A DNA stretch of 34,079 nt. Origin: an uncultured bacterium (GTDB lineage Bacteria > Omnitrophota > Omnitrophia > Omnitrophales > Aquincolibacteriaceae). The first letter of the stretch is position 1. Each line of letters opens with the position of its first letter. The position numbers and the translations under genes were made by a program. The notes beneath the pieces are model-generated. The model was not told the DNA's origin. It did no database searches and saw nothing but the letters and a program-made list of their open reading frames with translations. Shown piece by piece: positions 30,819 to 34,079 of this stretch. The stretch covers positions 1 to 34,079 of the forward strand of contig CAZPCF010000002.1 of the NCBI GenBank assembly GCA_964585045.1, read 5' to 3'.

Positions 30819-31652
30819 TCAAAGCGCCTCGATGTTGTGTCTGATGTCTGCGTAAGTAAAAACGGGACCATCTTGACAACAATAATGGTCACCGATCTGG
30901 CAGTGCCCGCATTTCCCGACCCCGCACTTCATGTGCCGCTCCAGTGACAAAATGATCTGGTTATCCGGGATCTCGCGTTTCAGGAGTTCCTGGATCACAA
31001 ATTTATACATAATGGGCGGTCCCACTACGACCGCATAGGTCTTTTTAGGATCGATCTTCACGTCCGGGATGAGCTTGGTGATCAATCCGACCTTCCCCTT
31101 CCAACCCGGCCCCCCGCGATCCACGGTCATATCCATAAAAACGTTCGGTTTTTTTACCCATTCGTCGAATTCTTCCTTAAAAAGCATCATTTCGGGAGAT
31201 TTGCACCCCATCAGAATATTGACCGTTCCGAAACGTTCCCGGTTATCCAGAACGAAAGTGATCAAAGAATGAAGCGGAATGGTCCCACAACCTCCTCCGA
31301 TCATCAGAAGGTCTTTCCCCTTGAGAAGGTCTTCCGGGAACCCTTTTCCGAAAGGACCGCGGATCCCCACAATGTCTCCCTCTTTCATACCGTGCAGGGC
31401 AACCGTCACGACTCCCGCCCGGCGGACCACAAGTTCAAAAGCCCCTTTTTTATTGGGGGAAGAGGAGACGGAAATCGGAGCTTCCCCGACGCCCGGAATA
31501 GAGATCATCACGAACTGACCCGGTTGGTGACCGAGATCTTCCCCGTTCGGAAGCCGGATCTCGAAATATTTTTCCAGATCCGTCAGCTGACGGGTACGGA
31601 TCAGTGTTGCAGCTTTGACCTCATACGACGAATGGACGGAGAGGGTCATCAT
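30819..31652 (-). CDS. Hydrogenase gamma subunit: FAD/NAD(P)-binding ferredoxin-reductase-like protein with a C-terminal [2Fe-2S] site
   Basis: GQFVMISIPGVGEAPISV is the FAD-binding barrel and GGGCGTIPL is the NAD(P) site. The C-terminal motif is CGVGKCGHCQ. The ATG overlaps the beta-subunit stop (ATGATGA). Confidence 0.8.
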   Translation of the reverse strand: MMTLSVHSSYEVKAATLIRTRQLTDLEKYFEIRLPNGEDLGHQPGQFVMISIPGVGEAPISVSSSPNKKGAFELVVRRAGVVTVALHGMKEGDIVGIRGPFGKGFPEDLLKGKDLLMIGGGCGTIPLHSLITFVLDNRERFGTVNILMGCKSPEMMLFKEEFDEWVKKPNVFMDMTVDRGGPGWKGKVGLITKLIPDVKIDPKKTYAVVVGPPIMYKFVIQELLKREIPDNQIILSLERHMKCGVGKCGHCQIGDHYCCQDGPVFTYADIRHNIEAL

Positions 31653-32704
31653 GATCTCGGCTCCTTGGCCAAGGCGTTGATCGTTTCTTTCAGACTGATC
31701 CCAGCCATGCAAGTCCGCGTGCAACGGCCACAACCAGTGCAGGTATAACGTTTGAACTTTCCGACAGGATAATTAAACTTGCGCATGTAGCGGTGCCGCT
31801 GACGCTTGCCGCGTTCTTCTCTAAAATTCTCTCCGCCCGCAACTCGGGCGAAATCCTCGTTCTGGCAGCCGTCCCAAACACGGTAACGGAACCCGGTTTT
31901 GAGATCAAGGCTCAACTCATCGCGAACGTCGAAACAATAGCAGGTGGGACACACATTCGTACAGTTTCCGCAAGAAAGGCAACGCCCCTGAAGATCTTCC
32001 CAAACTTTGCTTTCAAAAGACCGTTCGAAAAGCGGCTTCAAGTCCTCGTATTTGACGGAGACTTCGGGTTTGAAGATCTTTTCTTTTTTCTTCCGGAGCT
32101 CTTCCAGTTTTTTCTGCGCCGAATCCCCCACCGCCGTGAAAAGCCCGGTTTCCTTCACAAGCGCCTCGCCTGCCGGGGTACCGACCTGAACCATAAAAAT
32201 ATCCCCGAGATCCGTCAAAAAAAGGTCGTAACCTTCCGAAGGCAAGTGGTTCTTCATAACCGTACAGCTGGCGTACTCATCGCAATAGTCATTGCACTCC
32301 AGGCCGATCAAAACGAGTTTTTTCCTGCGCTCGGAGTAATTCACATCCTTGGGCTCGGCTTCCATCACCGTGTTCAGGAACTGGATCCCGGAAAGGTCGC
32401 AGGTATGAACCCCGAAGATCACCGTTTCCCTCTCCGTCTCAACGATGGGATCCCATCGATGGGCCACCTTGTCAAAGGCTTGGATCATTTCGTACTGCGG
32501 CATGAAATATTTCTTGGGAGAAAGCACCGTGGGCACGTACGTAAGGCAGATCTCCTGAGCGGAGGTCACGGGCTCGAAAGCAAAGTTCTTTTGACCGCGT
32601 TTGACCGGAGCCACAACCTGCCGTTTGATGGAAAGTTTTGAGATCAGGTTATTCAGATCTGTTTTTTTTAGAATGGCACTCGAACTCACGAAGAAACCTT
32701 TCAA
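31649..32704 (-). CDS. Hydrogenase beta subunit: AsrA-like 4Fe-4S protein (sulfhydrogenase beta)
   Basis: CLSCGNCTNVCPTCYC and CTGCGRCTRTC are present. The gene order beta-gamma-delta-alpha is identical to the Pyrococcus sulfhydrogenase operon. The start is uncertain (TTG 32704 or GTG 32689). Confidence 0.75.
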   Translation of the reverse strand: MKGFFVSSSAILKKTDLNNLISKLSIKRQVVAPVKRGQKNFAFEPVTSAQEICLTYVPTVLSPKKYFMPQYEMIQAFDKVAHRWDPIVETERETVIFGVHTCDLSGIQFLNTVMEAEPKDVNYSERRKKLVLIGLECNDYCDEYASCTVMKNHLPSEGYDLFLTDLGDIFMVQVGTPAGEALVKETGLFTAVGDSAQKKLEELRKKKEKIFKPEVSVKYEDLKPLFERSFESKVWEDLQGRCLSCGNCTNVCPTCYCFDVRDELSLDLKTGFRYRVWDGCQNEDFARVAGGENFREERGKRQRHRYMRKFNYPVGKFKRYTCTGCGRCTRTCMAGISLKETINALAKEPRS

Positions 32705-32817
32705 AATTAATTAAGCGCGGATGATACAGGTTTATCGCCAAAGAATCTACAGGAATCTATGAAGATCAACCCCCACCAAGATCTTCACGACCCCGCAACC
32801 TTTTGAAAAAGCGCCCA

Positions 32818-33270
32818 TCAATTCCCGTAAATGTTTAAAAACTGGATCCTGGTTGCTTCCAGACGCTGGGCAACGATCTTCATGATCTTTTTCATCAATT
32901 CATAACCAAAATCATGATCTTCTTCGCATTTTTTTCTGAGATATTTTCCGTCTAGCGCAATAACCCGTGCATCTTTTATCACCCGGCAATTAAAATGAGC
33001 CCTGTAGGGCGGGAAGAGCCAGGACCACCCCAGGAGATCATTTCCTTGAAGTGTTTCGATCACGGCGGGTTTGCTAGTATGGAGAATCTCGATTGCCACC
33101 AAACCATCCCGAATAATATGGAGGTGATCCACTTCCTGCCCCTCTTTAAAAATGACCGATCCCGCTTTAAAGTCTACGAGCGATGCACAACCAGCCAGAA
33201 TATCCAAATGCTCCTGCTTCAGGTCTTTAAAAAAAGGGTGCTCTCTGAGAACGAGTCCGATCTTTTCCAT
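32818..33270 (-). CDS. Stand-alone cyclic-nucleotide-binding (CAP effector-domain) protein without an HTH
   Basis: HPFFKDL..EHL..L......V.F.AG..IF.EG...D.L..I..G.V.I is the cNMP-binding beta-barrel. The protein has only about 150 aa. ATG 33270 is preceded by GGAGGAAA. Confidence 0.75.
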   Translation of the reverse strand: MEKIGLVLREHPFFKDLKQEHLDILAGCASLVDFKAGSVIFKEGQEVDHLHIIRDGLVAIEILHTSKPAVIETLQGNDLLGWSWLFPPYRAHFNCRVIKDARVIALDGKYLRKKCEEDHDFGYELMKKIMKIVAQRLEATRIQFLNIYGN

Positions 33271-33364
33271 GGGCTTTCCTCCGTTATTCATTAGCGCCTG
33301 TGTCTACCACCGACTCCCGTCATAGATTTTTGAGACTCTTTTGAACTATCCATTAAGCCGGAGC

Positions 33365-33394
33365 ATTATACATCCGTCAAAGATCCAAAACCAA
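33365..33394 (-). promoter_or_regulatory. Sigma70-type promoter candidate upstream of the cNMP-binding gene
   Basis: On the minus strand, TTGGTT (33394-33389), an 18-nt spacer and a perfect TATAAT (33370-33365), about 95 nt upstream of ATG 33270. Confidence 0.3.
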
Positions 33395-33447
33395 CTTAAA
33401 CCCATGGCATTTGTTTAAAAAGTCCGAACAGGCAGGGCGGAAAAGCA

Positions 33448-34079
33448 TCAGGCTGCTTTCTCCTGCAATTTTTTCTGTAAAGCTTCATGGATCGCGCGGG
33501 CAGCTGTCTTTCCGGCTCCCATAGCGAGGATCACGGTCGCAGCGCCGGTCACGATATCGCCGCCGGCATACACACCCTCTTTGGAGGTCTTCATCGTCGC
33601 TTCATCGACAATGATGCCCCCCCACTTCTGCACTTCGAGCCCTGGCGTGGTCTGGCGGATCAAAGGATTGGGGGTTCCGCCGATGGCAATGACGACCGTC
33701 TCAACTGGAAAATCAAAATTACTCCCCTTCTTCACCACGGGCCTGCGGCGGCCGGATTCATCGGGCTCGCCCAGTTCCATCTCCACGCACTCCATTCCTG
33801 TGACCCAGCCGTCTTTTCCCAGGATCTTCACGGGATTCCGGAGAAGCCGGAAAATGATCCCCTCTTCTTTTGCGTGATGGACCTCCTCAGCACGGGCCGG
33901 AAGTTCCGTCTCGCTCCTTCTGTAAACAATATAAACTTCTTCGGCGCCAAGACGCTTGGCCGTCCGGGCCGCGTCCATGGCCACATTTCCGCCACCCACC
34001 ACCGCAACGCGTTTTCCAACTTTAACCGGAGTGGGGACATTCGGGAAATCATAAGCCTTCATAAGATTAGCGCGCGTCA
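33448..34079 (-). CDS. GltD/NfnB/SudA-like NADPH-dependent FAD oxidoreductase, C-terminal two-thirds; 5' end lies outside the window
   Basis: The frame is open to the window edge (..TRANLMKAYDF..). VAVVGGGNVAMDAART, EELPA..EE..HA.EEG, GEPDESGRRRPV and VYAGGDIVTGAATVI are hallmarks of GltD/NfnB. Confidence 0.8.
   Translation of the reverse strand, partial: TRANLMKAYDFPNVPTPVKVGKRVAVVGGGNVAMDAARTAKRLGAEEVYIVYRRSETELPARAEEVHHAKEEGIIFRLLRNPVKILGKDGWVTGMECVEMELGEPDESGRRRPVVKKGSNFDFPVETVVIAIGGTPNPLIRQTTPGLEVQKWGGIIVDEATMKTSKEGVYAGGDIVTGAATVILAMGAGKTAARAIHEALQKKLQEKAA

Overview
Chromosomal segment from an anaerobic bacterium. Apart from the first two genes, everything is transcribed on the minus strand. 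The 5' third (1-7.2 kb) is housekeeping: an aldolase fragment, a Zn-ADH, a small DUF2934-like ORF, rlmI-like, uppP, a lipoprotein, manC/manB and tRNA-Leu(GAG). The remaining ~27 kb is a dense H2/pyridine-nucleotide redox island with four parts. (i) The [FeFe]-hydrogenase maturases hydE-hydG-hydF plus a TM1266-type regulator. (ii) A very tightly packed gene string starting with rex and a Cache sensor kinase. It continues through a HydABC-type [FeFe]-hydrogenase whose flavoprotein subunit is fused to a GltD/NfnB-like NADPH module, two tandem receiver-only response regulators, an HndABCD-type [FeFe]-hydrogenase and a third receiver-only regulator. (iii) A four-subunit group 3b (sulfhydrogenase-like, NADP-linked) [NiFe]-hydrogenase with its endopeptidase, followed by a Zn-finger-less HypA, a HypC::HydE-like radical-SAM fusion and a His-rich Ni/Co transporter. 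(iv) A stand-alone cNMP-binding protein and a truncated NfnB/GltD-like gene at the window edge. The most unusual items are the HypC-radical-SAM fusion, the NuoF-GltD fusion, the three receiver-only proteins embedded in the hydrogenase operons, non-canonical Cys motifs in HydA2 and HydG, and at least three families of short intergenic palindromic repeats. No CRISPR array, transposase, integrase or prophage gene was seen. All functional calls come from motif recognition by eye, with no database search.
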